A DNA stretch of 32,000 bases from Candidatus Nanosynbacter lyticus (GCF_000803625.1 NZ_CP007496.1:180001-212000), one strand, 5' to 3'. Shown: positions 18,123 through 26,623, numbered from the stretch's first letter. Notes: generated by a model not told the origin, from the letters alone. A program made the numbers and translations.

Positions 18123-19298
18123 ATGGTTACGGGAGAAAATAAACAGCGCCTGGGTTGGTTTTTAACGCTAATGATTGTAGCGACTATCAGTTTTGTTGCT
18201 GGGACGCGCTTTGATCAATTTTCTGCTTCAGTAGCGCCATTGTTTGGCGTTAGAATGTCGAGAGAAAAGATTGACTTATCAAGTGTTCAGGAGACGTATC
18301 GGCAGCTACTCGCAAATTATGACGGTAAACTAGACACCGAGAATCTTATCCATGGCGCCAGTCGAGGACTAGTGGCGGCAGCTGGAGACCAACATACTGC
18401 ATACATGGATCCAGATGAGACGAAGGAGTTTAAGAAATCTTTGAGTGGCGATATTGGTGGCGGAATTGGCGCGGAAATTGGTTCAAGGAACGGTAGGCCG
18501 ACTATCGTAAGACCTCTTGAGGGCAGCCCAGCTCAAAAGTCTGGCATTAAGGCGGGTGAAGTTATTATCAAAGTTAATGATGAAAACGTTTCTGACTGGG
18601 ATGTTGATAGGGTTGTTAGTAAAATTCGTGGTGAAGTCGGTACCTCTGTAAAGCTAACTTTGTTAAACAATGGTCATACTCGTGAAGTGTCAGTTGTACG
18701 CCAAAACATAACTTCGCCTGCCGTCGAATCAAAAATTGACGGGGAAATTGGCATATTGAAGGTGAGTCGGTTTGGCGATGATACGGCAAGCTTGGCTCGA
18801 AAATATGCTTCTGAATTTGTTGAAAAAGGTGTTAAGAAGGTTGTTCTAGACCTGCGCAATAATCCGGGCGGTACAGTTAGTGCGGCACAAGGATTATTGG
18901 GTCTTTGGCTAGATAAGCAAGTGGCGATGACTGAGCGGCGCGGTTCTGAAATTGTTAAGACTATTAATACAACTGGCTCGCCAATTCTGGGTAATATGAA
19001 GACTGTGGTGCTGATTAATGGCGGAAGTGCTAGCGCTAGCGAGATTGTCGCTGGGGCGCTCCGTGATTATGATAAAGCAAAGTTGGTCGGACAAAAGAGC
19101 TACGGTAAAGGTAGCGTTCAAATTGTAATAGGGCTGCCTGGCGGATCACAGATGAAAGTTACAGAAGCTCGTTGGTACACGCCAAAGGGTAGTAACATAG
19201 ATAAGACAGGTATAGAGCCTGATGTGAAGGTTGATTTATCTGCGGATGACATTAATAATAATCGTGATCCACAGATGGATAAGGCAAAATCGCTATAG
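18123..19298 (+). CDS. S41 family C-terminal processing peptidase (CtpA-like), with PDZ domain
   Basis: AGDQHTAYMDPDE, PDZ domain, VLINGGSASASEIVAGALRDYDKAKLVGQKSYGKGSVQ. Confidence 0.94.
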   Translation: MVTGENKQRLGWFLTLMIVATISFVAGTRFDQFSASVAPLFGVRMSREKIDLSSVQETYRQLLANYDGKLDTENLIHGASRGLVAAAGDQHTAYMDPDETKEFKKSLSGDIGGGIGAEIGSRNGRPTIVRPLEGSPAQKSGIKAGEVIIKVNDENVSDWDVDRVVSKIRGEVGTSVKLTLLNNGHTREVSVVRQNITSPAVESKIDGEIGILKVSRFGDDTASLARKYASEFVEKGVKKVVLDLRNNPGGTVSAAQGLLGLWLDKQVAMTERRGSEIVKTINTTGSPILGNMKTVVLINGGSASASEIVAGALRDYDKAKLVGQKSYGKGSVQIVIGLPGGSQMKVTEARWYTPKGSNIDKTGIEPDVKVDLSADDINNNRDPQMDKAKSL

Positions 19299-19339
19299 AG
19301 CTTGTGTTTTTATGAGATACGACATAAAATGGAGGTAAG

Positions 19340-19723
19340 ATGAACGAGCAGAAAAAGAAGATTTTACTAGTTGAGGATGACATTGCACTATCTGCGGTGT
19401 ATAGGTCTCGGCTAGAAATTGAAGGTTTTGATGTTAGGGAGGCAAATAACGGCGAGGATGCACTGTCTGCAACTGTAGAATATCGCCCGGACTTAATTTT
19501 ATTGGATGTGATGATGCCGAAAATCAGTGGATTTGATGTTCTGGATATTCTACGTAATACTCCAGAAACCGCTAACGTAAGGATAATTATGCTAACGGCA
19601 CTTAGTCAGCCGAAGGATAAGGAGCGGGCCGAGAGTTTGGGGGTTGATGATTATTTGGTGAAATCTCAGGTTGTTATTGGTGACGTGGTAGCGCGCGTAA
19701 AGCACCATTTAGGTGTTAAATAG
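19340..19723 (+). CDS. Receiver-only response regulator
   Basis: KILLVEDDIALSAVYRSRLE, LILLDVMMPKISGFDVL, IIMLTALSQ; SD GGAGG; no output domain. Confidence 0.92.
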   Translation: MNEQKKKILLVEDDIALSAVYRSRLEIEGFDVREANNGEDALSATVEYRPDLILLDVMMPKISGFDVLDILRNTPETANVRIIMLTALSQPKDKERAESLGVDDYLVKSQVVIGDVVARVKHHLGVK

Positions 19724-19765
19724 AAATTATTTCAGTAAAAGCAAGCCAACCTCTGTTGGGGGGGG

Positions 19766-19794
19766 TTGACTTTTTGTTAGTTTTTTGATATAAA
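19766..19794 (+). promoter_or_regulatory. Promoter TTGACT-N17-TATAAA preceded by a G8 tract (19758-19765)
   Basis: Near-consensus -35/-10 with 17-nt spacing upstream of ATG 19805. Confidence 0.75.
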
Positions 19795-19804
19795 ATAAAC
19801 ATAT

Positions 19805-20041
19805 ATGGAAAACTTAAAACCAACACAAAGCCACGAACAAGAACAACGAAAAACACTGGAAGATTATGTAGTTAAGACTTTTCCTGCTGATTTAGATGTT
19901 ACGACACGTCCATTAACTGTTATGCGCAGCGGCCAAGACGGAAAAGGTATCAGATATGATGGAGGCTGGATTCCTGGCGATATGTTGTGTGTATGCGACA
20001 CGGATTCTGAGGAAGGTATTAGCAGGCGTGAATTGTTTTGA
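19805..20041 (+). CDS. Hypothetical protein (78 aa), first gene of an uncharacterised operon
   Basis: Open frame with strong promoter; no family recognised. Confidence 0.6.
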   Translation: MENLKPTQSHEQEQRKTLEDYVVKTFPADLDVTTRPLTVMRSGQDGKGIRYDGGWIPGDMLCVCDTDSEEGISRRELF

Positions 20042-20346
20042 GAGTGCATAAACCAATTAAAATTAATGGAGAGTATGTTGTCGCAGAGAAGATCGTAGCG
20101 TTAAATATACTTCAGGGCCGAGAGGCGAATAAAGATTTTTCGGAATCCTATATTCAGGTGCGTTACGGAAAATCTACCGAGGAAATGCTTGAAGAGGGCG
20201 AAGAGGCCGCTAAAGATATTTGGAATCATAAGCATCCAGTTGATAATGAGCTTGAGTATTTGGCTCCAGAAGTGCGTCCGGAAAGCTTCAGTGATGGCTT
20301 AGCTGTAGAGAATATCTCTGACCATGAGAGACCTTCAGCGAAGTAA
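20038..20346 (+). CDS. Hypothetical protein (102 aa), TTG start overlapping the upstream stop (TTGA)
   Basis: Tight coupling to the upstream ORF; no family recognised. Confidence 0.55.
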   Translation: MRVHKPIKINGEYVVAEKIVALNILQGREANKDFSESYIQVRYGKSTEEMLEEGEEAAKDIWNHKHPVDNELEYLAPEVRPESFSDGLAVENISDHERPSAK

Positions 20347-20355
20347 GTTAGTTCT

Positions 20356-21318
20356 ATGATGGGAAACGTGGCCAGTAAGGCCGCTGGAGTTAGAGAGCCA
20401 GTAGAGAAGAATAAGGTAGACACCAACGAGCCAGTTAGAGAGCCAGTGGAGACGGATAAGACTGGCGTCGGTTCACCAGTCTTGAAGATACCTGAACCGA
20501 CCATGGAGTTGATCAGGGCAACCGAAGTCAATGACTCAGTGGGTTTGCCAGCGGTTGAGCCAGCTGAAAAGCCAGCGGAGACAGATAAGGTAGGCGCTAA
20601 CCCAGCGTATTTAGTGGCAGCCGAACCATTTAAAAAGCCGGTAGAGGCGGATAAGGCAAGCACTGATTCAGTAAATTTGCCAGTAGCTAAATCGGTTGAA
20701 AACCCAGTGGTTGAAAAGTCGATGGAGACGAATGAAGCCAATACGGACATATTACCTGAGGACTTTAAGGTTGCGATTGACAGTTTTAAACAACTTACCG
20801 AAGATAATAATAATCAGTTTTTTGCAAAGGATAAATATATAACTGGAGAGCTGGATCGGCTTAGGGGGCTAATTAAATATAATCCAACGGCAATGAATAA
20901 TCCTGCGATCTCAGAGATGATAACATCTACGTCGGGTAGAGTTAGAGATCTTGAGGCTTCTAGGGCTGAGGCTGCGAATAAATTTAAGAATAATATAGAG
21001 AGTCTTCTGGAGAGTCTAAAAAGTAAGATTGAAAATGATGACGAGCGTAGGCGTCTGGTTAAGCTAACTGAGCATGTAGATCAGATGGGTGTGGATGACA
21101 GAGTTCTGGGTAAATTAACTAATAGCTTGTTGGATAAATTAATAAGAATAAGAAATAATATTGAGCAGTGGCAGAATGACAGATGGGGAGAGGAAACTTA
21201 TAAGAAGCAGATAACCCAGATGATTAACGAAATTATTGATAGCGATTTACCATCAGTTAATAGGCGTCGTCAGAGTATTTTAGAGGCTATCGAGGTGATT
21301 AAGGCTGCCGAGGGTTAA
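20356..21318 (+). CDS. Hypothetical protein (320 aa) with N-terminal degenerate Pro/Glu/Val repeats and a C-terminal coiled-coil-like domain
   Basis: Repeated PVREPVETDK / KPAETDK / KPVEADK motifs followed by a charged helical region. Confidence 0.75.
   Translation: MMGNVASKAAGVREPVEKNKVDTNEPVREPVETDKTGVGSPVLKIPEPTMELIRATEVNDSVGLPAVEPAEKPAETDKVGANPAYLVAAEPFKKPVEADKASTDSVNLPVAKSVENPVVEKSMETNEANTDILPEDFKVAIDSFKQLTEDNNNQFFAKDKYITGELDRLRGLIKYNPTAMNNPAISEMITSTSGRVRDLEASRAEAANKFKNNIESLLESLKSKIENDDERRRLVKLTEHVDQMGVDDRVLGKLTNSLLDKLIRIRNNIEQWQNDRWGEETYKKQITQMINEIIDSDLPSVNRRRQSILEAIEVIKAAEG
20386..20760 (+). repeat. Degenerate intragenic repeat region encoding (E)PV(E/A)xDKxxxxxP units
   Basis: Translated units EPVREPVETDKTGVGSP, EKPAETDKVGANP, FKKPVEADKASTDS, VEKSMETNEANTD. 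Confidence 0.6.
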
Positions 21319-21322
21319 TAGA

Positions 21323-21949
21323 ATGATGTCAAGAGAAGGGTATTTGTCTGGCAGTAGAGATTCGTCCGTCGCTAATAGATGGGCGACTCTGGAGCAATGG
21401 CAGAAGGAAAATGATTTGAAGGAATTTTCGGAACGAACCAGAAAATTAATGGAGCCGATTAATCCTGAGTTGGTTGAGCTGTCGGAAAATAGTATAGAGT
21501 CTGCAGGGGGTGTTGTTGGTATTTTGTCATCCAATGATCCTAAGTTAGGGGAAATAGTTAACCCCGAGCGGATTTTTGATACTACGGAAATGGTTGATAA
21601 TCTCAGAGAGGATCATCTTACACGTTGTCGGTTGTTTGAATACCTTCAGGGTAAATTGGATGATCTGATAGAAGATAGCCCAGAGTCTTTGGCGAGTAGG
21701 GTTCTTCTTAATTCTGCTGGCAATTTGAAGTCACCGAATTTTAAGCAAGGTTATTACGGGGTTGAAAAAATGTTTAGTCGCGAATATGTTCTAGTATTGG
21801 CAATCGCTATGATGGATGGTACTTTCAATATAGATAGACAGGACAGTATGATTACACATTATAGGGGTGGCAAGGAGAGGAGTGGTATGCATAGGGACGG
21901 CGCGGTAGCTCTTCTCGAGAGCTTATTAAAAGACTCTGCTGAGAATTAA
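21323..21949 (+). CDS. Hypothetical protein (208 aa), last gene of the uncharacterised operon
   Basis: Open frame 4 nt after the upstream stop; no family recognised. Confidence 0.7.
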   Translation: MMSREGYLSGSRDSSVANRWATLEQWQKENDLKEFSERTRKLMEPINPELVELSENSIESAGGVVGILSSNDPKLGEIVNPERIFDTTEMVDNLREDHLTRCRLFEYLQGKLDDLIEDSPESLASRVLLNSAGNLKSPNFKQGYYGVEKMFSREYVLVLAIAMMDGTFNIDRQDSMITHYRGGKERSGMHRDGAVALLESLLKDSAEN

Positions 21950-21977
21950 AATAACCCCCGCATCTGGGGATTATTTT
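21948..21977. terminator. Bidirectional terminator between convergent operons
   Basis: AAAATAAcCCCC-gcatct-GGGGaTTATTTT, U-tract potential on both strands. Confidence 0.8.
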
Positions 21978-21997
21978 AACAGTCTGTTTCTGTAACA

Positions 21998-22270
21998 TTA
22001 GAGAACAACGACTTGTGTTCGGCGCTCTGTTTTACCAGTAAATTTGGTTTTCTTAACCTGCTTAAAGCCAACCACACCGTCTTTTGCAGCGTGAATGGTA
22101 AAATTGCGGCTAACGTATGTACCGTCACCAGCAATCTTTGTGGCACCAGTTTGGCGGACTAAGACCTGTCCAGCAGTAACTTTTTGGCCACCAAATCGCT
22201 TCACGCCAAGACGTTGACCAGCATTGTTGTGGATGTTCTTACTAGAGCCGCCAGCTTTAACCTTTGACAT
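21998..22270 (-). CDS. rpmA: 50S ribosomal protein L27
   Basis: AGGSSKNIHNNAGQRLGVKRFGGQKVTAGQVLVRQTG; SD AGGAG. Confidence 0.95.
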   Translation of the reverse strand: MSKVKAGGSSKNIHNNAGQRLGVKRFGGQKVTAGQVLVRQTGATKIAGDGTYVSRNFTIHAAKDGVVGFKQVKKTKFTGKTERRTQVVVL

Positions 22271-22308
22271 TCTTTACTCCTTATAGTTTTCTAAAAACAA
22301 TCTGTTCT

Positions 22309-22337
22309 AGTTTATCGAAAATAAAGCCAGTTGTCAA
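22309..22337 (-). promoter_or_regulatory. rpmA promoter TTGACA-N17-TAAACT; the -35 overlaps the TGA stop of the upstream methyltransferase gene
   Basis: Reverse complement of 22332-22337 is TTGACA and of 22309-22314 is TAAACT. Confidence 0.75.
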
Positions 22338-23527
22338 GCGGTTTTAGTCATGTCTATGGGCTTTAATATCATAATTTCTCTGGCAACTACCTGATCTGGA
22401 CGATGATACAGGAGTTTTTTATCGGTAATTGGCTGATATCCAAGTTTGCTTAGGTTTTTTATCAGGGGCAAATGTGTAAATTGTCTATGTTGATTTTGCC
22501 AGGCAGGAACGGCTATACACAGCATCGATTCTGGGTGAATTTGATCATGTATGTTCTTCAAAAACTCACTAATAATATGATTACAATTTCCAACCACCTC
22601 TTTAAGCTTTGCGGGGCTGGGTGGGGCGGAGAAGGGTTGACCTAGGTATGTTTCGCAGACAATATGGGTAATTTGCTGTTTTTGCTCGGAGGTTAGTTTG
22701 ACCGAGGTGGCATCAGCTTGAAAAACTTGCCAGGCGGTATTTGTGAAAAAAGTCTTTTCCAGCCAGCGCATGTTTTCTGATGCGTAATCGACCATTTTAT
22801 CGCTGAGGTCGCTGCCGTAGGAGTTGATGCTGAGTAAGGTAGCTTCTTGGAGAACGGTTCCCGTACCGCAAAACGGATCCCAAAGGTAGTTTCCGGATTG
22901 AGCGCCGGATAAATTGATCATAATTTGCGCTAGCTTAGGCGGGAGCATTCCGACAAAAGCATCACGCTTTGGGCGCTCGCGATCGCGTTGGGCGTATGAA
23001 TTGATATTTTGAGTGCCACGACTTTCGGCTATCAAAAAATCTCCATTCATAGCTCTGACTATGATAATCTCAATCTTTGTTTCAGACCTACCAAGTTTAT
23101 TATTATGAGAGGTGGCCGTGGAGAGGGCGGCGGTTTTATTGGGAATTAGACGTAGGCTAACGCCAGATTTTTTTAGGGAATTTTTCAAAATAATTCCGAT
23201 TTTTTGGACGTTTCTCGGATCTGTTGTATTGCCATAAAAACTTATTCCAAGCGTTATTTTTTTCTGACTATTCGAAAGTTTTTTCGTGTATTTTTTAACA
23301 ATAATTTTTGACGCCTGGAGTAGGGTGTGATGGTCGGATTTTTGTGATCTTACGCGGCTTACGACGTGGCCACATTTGATTGTTCCGCCCAGGATATCAA
23401 CAGAAAAGTTATCGGAGTCGATTGTAGCAGCTTGACTAGAGATTTTTTTAACTTTTTCAGCGCCATAAACCGCCTCTAACTCGGCGATAGAGATTTCTGG
23501 TTGTCGGCCAAGGATAGCGATGAACAT
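22334..23527 (-). CDS. TRM11/Trm-G10-like RNA methyltransferase
   Basis: MFIAILGRQPEISIAELEAVYG N-terminus; LWDPFCGTGTVLQEATLL and SYGSDLSDKMVDYASENM SAM-binding motifs. Confidence 0.85.
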   Translation of the reverse strand: MFIAILGRQPEISIAELEAVYGAEKVKKISSQAATIDSDNFSVDILGGTIKCGHVVSRVRSQKSDHHTLLQASKIIVKKYTKKLSNSQKKITLGISFYGNTTDPRNVQKIGIILKNSLKKSGVSLRLIPNKTAALSTATSHNNKLGRSETKIEIIIVRAMNGDFLIAESRGTQNINSYAQRDRERPKRDAFVGMLPPKLAQIMINLSGAQSGNYLWDPFCGTGTVLQEATLLSINSYGSDLSDKMVDYASENMRWLEKTFFTNTAWQVFQADATSVKLTSEQKQQITHIVCETYLGQPFSAPPSPAKLKEVVGNCNHIISEFLKNIHDQIHPESMLCIAVPAWQNQHRQFTHLPLIKNLSKLGYQPITDKKLLYHRPDQVVAREIMILKPIDMTKTA

Positions 23528-23533
23528 ATCGTA

Positions 23534-23558
23534 ATTATACCATTTATCGTGGTATAAT
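23534..23558. promoter_or_regulatory. Symmetric divergent promoter: ATTATACCA-N7-TGGTATAAT
   Basis: Two facing-away TGGTATAAT extended -10 elements, 6 nt (minus) and 7 nt (plus) from the respective ATGs. Confidence 0.8.
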
Positions 23559-23565
23559 GAAGGTT

Positions 23566-24633
23566 ATGCTACCTAAGGTCTTGCAATTATTTAAGTCGCC
23601 GCGAACTATTATGAGTATCTTGACGTTAGCGGTTTTAGCTATTGTTATTTTCCTGTCGCGGCATGAGCTAGTAAAGGCGTGGGGACTATTTTTAAATGCA
23701 GATTTATGGCTATTATTCTTATTGTTACCGTTTCAAATTATCGTGTATTTTGCTGGTGGCGAAATGATCTTCTCTTATCTTAGGGATAAGAATCTGATTC
23801 ACCATATTTCCAGATTAGAACAGACAAGGATTGCCCTAGAATTGAACCTGGTTAACCATATTTTTCCGTCGGGGGGCGTTAGTGGAATTTCATATACAAC
23901 ATGGCGGATGCATAAGCTGGGGGTGAGTTCGGCGCGCTCGACATTTGCCCAGGTGATTCGTTATGTGACAGGATTTTTATCTCTCTTGATTCTATTGGTG
24001 ATTGCCGTGCTGGCTCTGGCTATTGATGGTAAGGTCAATAGATATATTGTAGCGGCGAGCTTCTTGTTAATCATAGTGGTGCTGGCGCTGACTTTTGGAT
24101 TGATATTTATATTTTCATCCAAGCGGCGCATGCAGACAACGGCTGCAGGTGTCTCGAAGTTTATTAATGTACTGGTAAAATATGTGACTTTCGGTAAAAA
24201 ACGACGGATTATGAATGCTCAGAAGGTGGAAGATTTCTTTGTTGACATGCAAGATGATTTTCAGGATTTGGCCAATCACCCAAAGCTGTTAAAGAAACCT
24301 ATGATTTGGGGGATTGTCTATACAGCCTTTGACGTGGCAATGTTTACAGTAGCGTTTATGTCGTTGGGGGTTTTTGTTAATCCAGCAATCTTAATGGTGG
24401 GCTATGGAGTTGCGGGATTAGCGGCACTTTTTGTATTTACGCCCGGTGGTACGGGGGTTTACGAGACAATCATGATTATATTCTTAAGCATGGCAGGAAC
24501 ACCACCGGACTTAGCAATTGCTGGAATTATTTTAACGAGGGCAATTTTACTAACCGGCACTATTGTCTTTGGCTATATTTTTTACCAGCACGCATTGATT
24601 AAATATGGCAAGCCAAATGACTCCCAGGTTTAG
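23566..24633 (+). CDS. Flippase-like LPG_synthase_TM (UPF0104) membrane protein; start assigned to ATG 23566 (track start 23557 lies inside the -10)
   Basis: Multiple TMs; FTPGGTGVYETIMIIFLSMAG motif. Confidence 0.85.
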   Translation: MLPKVLQLFKSPRTIMSILTLAVLAIVIFLSRHELVKAWGLFLNADLWLLFLLLPFQIIVYFAGGEMIFSYLRDKNLIHHISRLEQTRIALELNLVNHIFPSGGVSGISYTTWRMHKLGVSSARSTFAQVIRYVTGFLSLLILLVIAVLALAIDGKVNRYIVAASFLLIIVVLALTFGLIFIFSSKRRMQTTAAGVSKFINVLVKYVTFGKKRRIMNAQKVEDFFVDMQDDFQDLANHPKLLKKPMIWGIVYTAFDVAMFTVAFMSLGVFVNPAILMVGYGVAGLAALFVFTPGGTGVYETIMIIFLSMAGTPPDLAIAGIILTRAILLTGTIVFGYIFYQHALIKYGKPNDSQV

Positions 24634-25717
24634 CGTTAGTAATTTCCTGGCGGTAGTTAATCAGACTTTTGAGGCTGTTTTTGCTGGCGCGGTTGAAGTT
24701 GAGGGTGAGGTTGTTAGCTTTAAGTCGTATCCGCCAAAATATGCCTTTTTTACTCTGAAGGACGATGATGGATCGGTTAATTGTTTTGTGGGCTTTAGCA
24801 ATCTGCGGACGCCAATCGAGGATGGTATGAAAGTGGTGGTCCGGGCGACACCAAGCCTGAGGGACGACGGTAAGTTTAATTTGCAAGTTCAGAAAGTTTT
24901 TCCACTAGGCGAGGGTAATCTAAAACGGAGTTTCGACATTCTGAAGCAGAAATTGGCTACCGAAGGGCTATTTGACGTTAATCGTAAACGGCCGTTACCG
25001 CGTTATCCACATCGGGTGGCTGTTATTTCTAGTACAAAGGCGGCAGGTTACGCGGACTTTATGAAAATCTCTCGAGATCGTTGGGGCGGTGTGAAATTTA
25101 TTGTCGCTAATGTTAATGTTCAGGGTGACGGCGCGGCAGATCAGATTATACGGGCAATTTCATATTTCAATCAAATGGCAGAACCGCCAGAGGTAATTGC
25201 TTTAATTCGTGGTGGCGGTAGTGCTGAGGACTTGGCAAGCTTTAATGATGAACAGCTAGTTAGAGTGGTAGCAGGTAGTCGCGTGCCCATAATAACCGGC
25301 ATTGGGCACGAGATTGATGAAAGTTTATGTGATCTGGCGGCGGATGTGCGAGGTGCAACACCTAGTAATGTTGCTCAGCTGCTATTTCCAGATAAACATG
25401 AATTAGTCGGGCATCTACATTTTCGGTTAATTGGTGTAAAAGATGAAATTAAGAGAGCTATTGACGAGCAGATACTTAGAGCAACAATGTTGCAAAAAGA
25501 CGCGCTTGAGCAGTGGTCAAGTCAGGTCAGGGATGCTATAAATGCAACATTGTCGCAACAAAAGATTATTGCTGAATACGATCCAGAAATGGCGTTACAG
25601 AGGGGCTACGCTATGATTAGCGGTGATTTACAGGTTGGTAGTATTGTTAAGATTACAACAAAGGATATAATTATGAAAGCGAGGATTGAAGATAGTGAAC
25701 GACGAAATGACAATTGA
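24605..25717 (+). CDS. xseA: Exodeoxyribonuclease VII large subunit
   Basis: NFLAVVNQTFEAVFAGAVEVEGEVVSFKS, VISSTKAAGYADFMK, ALIRGGGSAEDLASFNDE, PVITGIGHEIDESLCDLAAD. Confidence 0.96.
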   Translation: MASQMTPRFSVSNFLAVVNQTFEAVFAGAVEVEGEVVSFKSYPPKYAFFTLKDDDGSVNCFVGFSNLRTPIEDGMKVVVRATPSLRDDGKFNLQVQKVFPLGEGNLKRSFDILKQKLATEGLFDVNRKRPLPRYPHRVAVISSTKAAGYADFMKISRDRWGGVKFIVANVNVQGDGAADQIIRAISYFNQMAEPPEVIALIRGGGSAEDLASFNDEQLVRVVAGSRVPIITGIGHEIDESLCDLAADVRGATPSNVAQLLFPDKHELVGHLHFRLIGVKDEIKRAIDEQILRATMLQKDALEQWSSQVRDAINATLSQQKIIAEYDPEMALQRGYAMISGDLQVGSIVKITTKDIIMKARIEDSERRNDN

Positions 25718-25895
25718 GCAGATGGTGACAGAGTTAAACGAGCGAATTGCGTGGTTTCAAGGTGATGATTTTAATTTGGATGAAGCTAAACGGAAGTTTA
25801 TTGAGGCACGAGAGCTGTCAAAGAAAATTACGTCTACGCTAGAAGATATGCGACATGACATTGAAGTGCTTGGGGAAGATTTTAGCGTAGAATAG
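25695..25895 (+). CDS. xseB: Exodeoxyribonuclease VII small subunit (GTG 25695 or ATG 25707 start)
   Basis: MTIEQMVTELNERIAWFQGDDFNLDEAKRKFIEA...; overlaps the xseA 3' end. Confidence 0.85.
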   Translation: MNDEMTIEQMVTELNERIAWFQGDDFNLDEAKRKFIEARELSKKITSTLEDMRHDIEVLGEDFSVE

Positions 25896-25900
25896 GGTGC

Positions 25901-25929
25901 TTTACATCACTTAAAGCATAAGCTATACT
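25901..25929 (+). promoter_or_regulatory. Promoter TTTACA-N17-TATACT, 7 nt upstream of ATG 25937
   Basis: Directly visible -35/-10 with consensus spacing. Confidence 0.75.
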
Positions 25930-25936
25930 CTAAAAT

Positions 25937-26596
25937 ATGATGAAAAGAAATGAAAAAGAGCGTGGCTCAGTTAATGGCTGGATGGTCGGCACAATCGGCT
26001 GTTTGATATTATTTTTAATTGCTGGCTCACTGGCAATTTGGGCGTACATGCAATATTCCCATGAAAAAAGCAATGTTGATAGTAAAGTGGCAATTGAGGT
26101 TGCCAAGGGTAAGAGCGAGCAGGCTGAATCAGACCAGAAAAAATTTTCAGAAGAAGCGAAGAACCCGCGGATTGAGTTTGTTGGTCCTAGCGAATATGGA
26201 CGCGTATCATTTATGTATCCAAAAACTTGGAGTGTTTATATAGAAAATGACGGTAGTAATAGGGGTGATTATAAAGCATATCTTAATCCGGTAGCCGTTC
26301 CGTCAGCATCTAATAAGGCGAGTCGATTTGCCTTGAGGTTAGAAATTATAAATAAAAACCTAGATACAGTGCTTAATGATTATCAGTCTCGCCTAAAGAA
26401 GGGTGAATTGACCTCAAGTAGCACTGAGTTTAATGGAATCTCCGCTACGCGCATTGATGGTACGTTCGAGAAGGAGCTGCGTGGATCTGTCGTGTTGATG
26501 AAGGTTCGCGACAAGACTATCCGCTTCTCAACTGATGCGGACACATTCAAGCCAGATTTCCAGACGATATTAGGCACTGTAAAAATTGCTGAATAG
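25937..26596 (+). CDS. Hypothetical single-pass membrane-anchored protein (219 aa)
   Basis: N-terminal hydrophobic segment TIGCLILFLIAGSLAIWAYM followed by an extracytoplasmic domain. Confidence 0.8.
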   Translation: MMKRNEKERGSVNGWMVGTIGCLILFLIAGSLAIWAYMQYSHEKSNVDSKVAIEVAKGKSEQAESDQKKFSEEAKNPRIEFVGPSEYGRVSFMYPKTWSVYIENDGSNRGDYKAYLNPVAVPSASNKASRFALRLEIINKNLDTVLNDYQSRLKKGELTSSSTEFNGISATRIDGTFEKELRGSVVLMKVRDKTIRFSTDADTFKPDFQTILGTVKIAE

Positions 26597-26614
26597 AAAA
26601 ACCAGCTCAAGTTT

Positions 26615-26623
26615 TGCTATACT
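26615..26623 (+). promoter_or_regulatory. Extended -10 TGCTATACT, 8 nt upstream of ATG 26632
   Basis: TGC-TATACT visible; no SD. Confidence 0.6.

Noticed and set aside
20226-20750. 174-aa minus-strand ORF with repetitive Ser/Thr/Gly content
   Set aside because: It mirrors the Pro/Glu repeat region of the plus-strand 320-aa gene; the repetitive look is inherited from the repeats.
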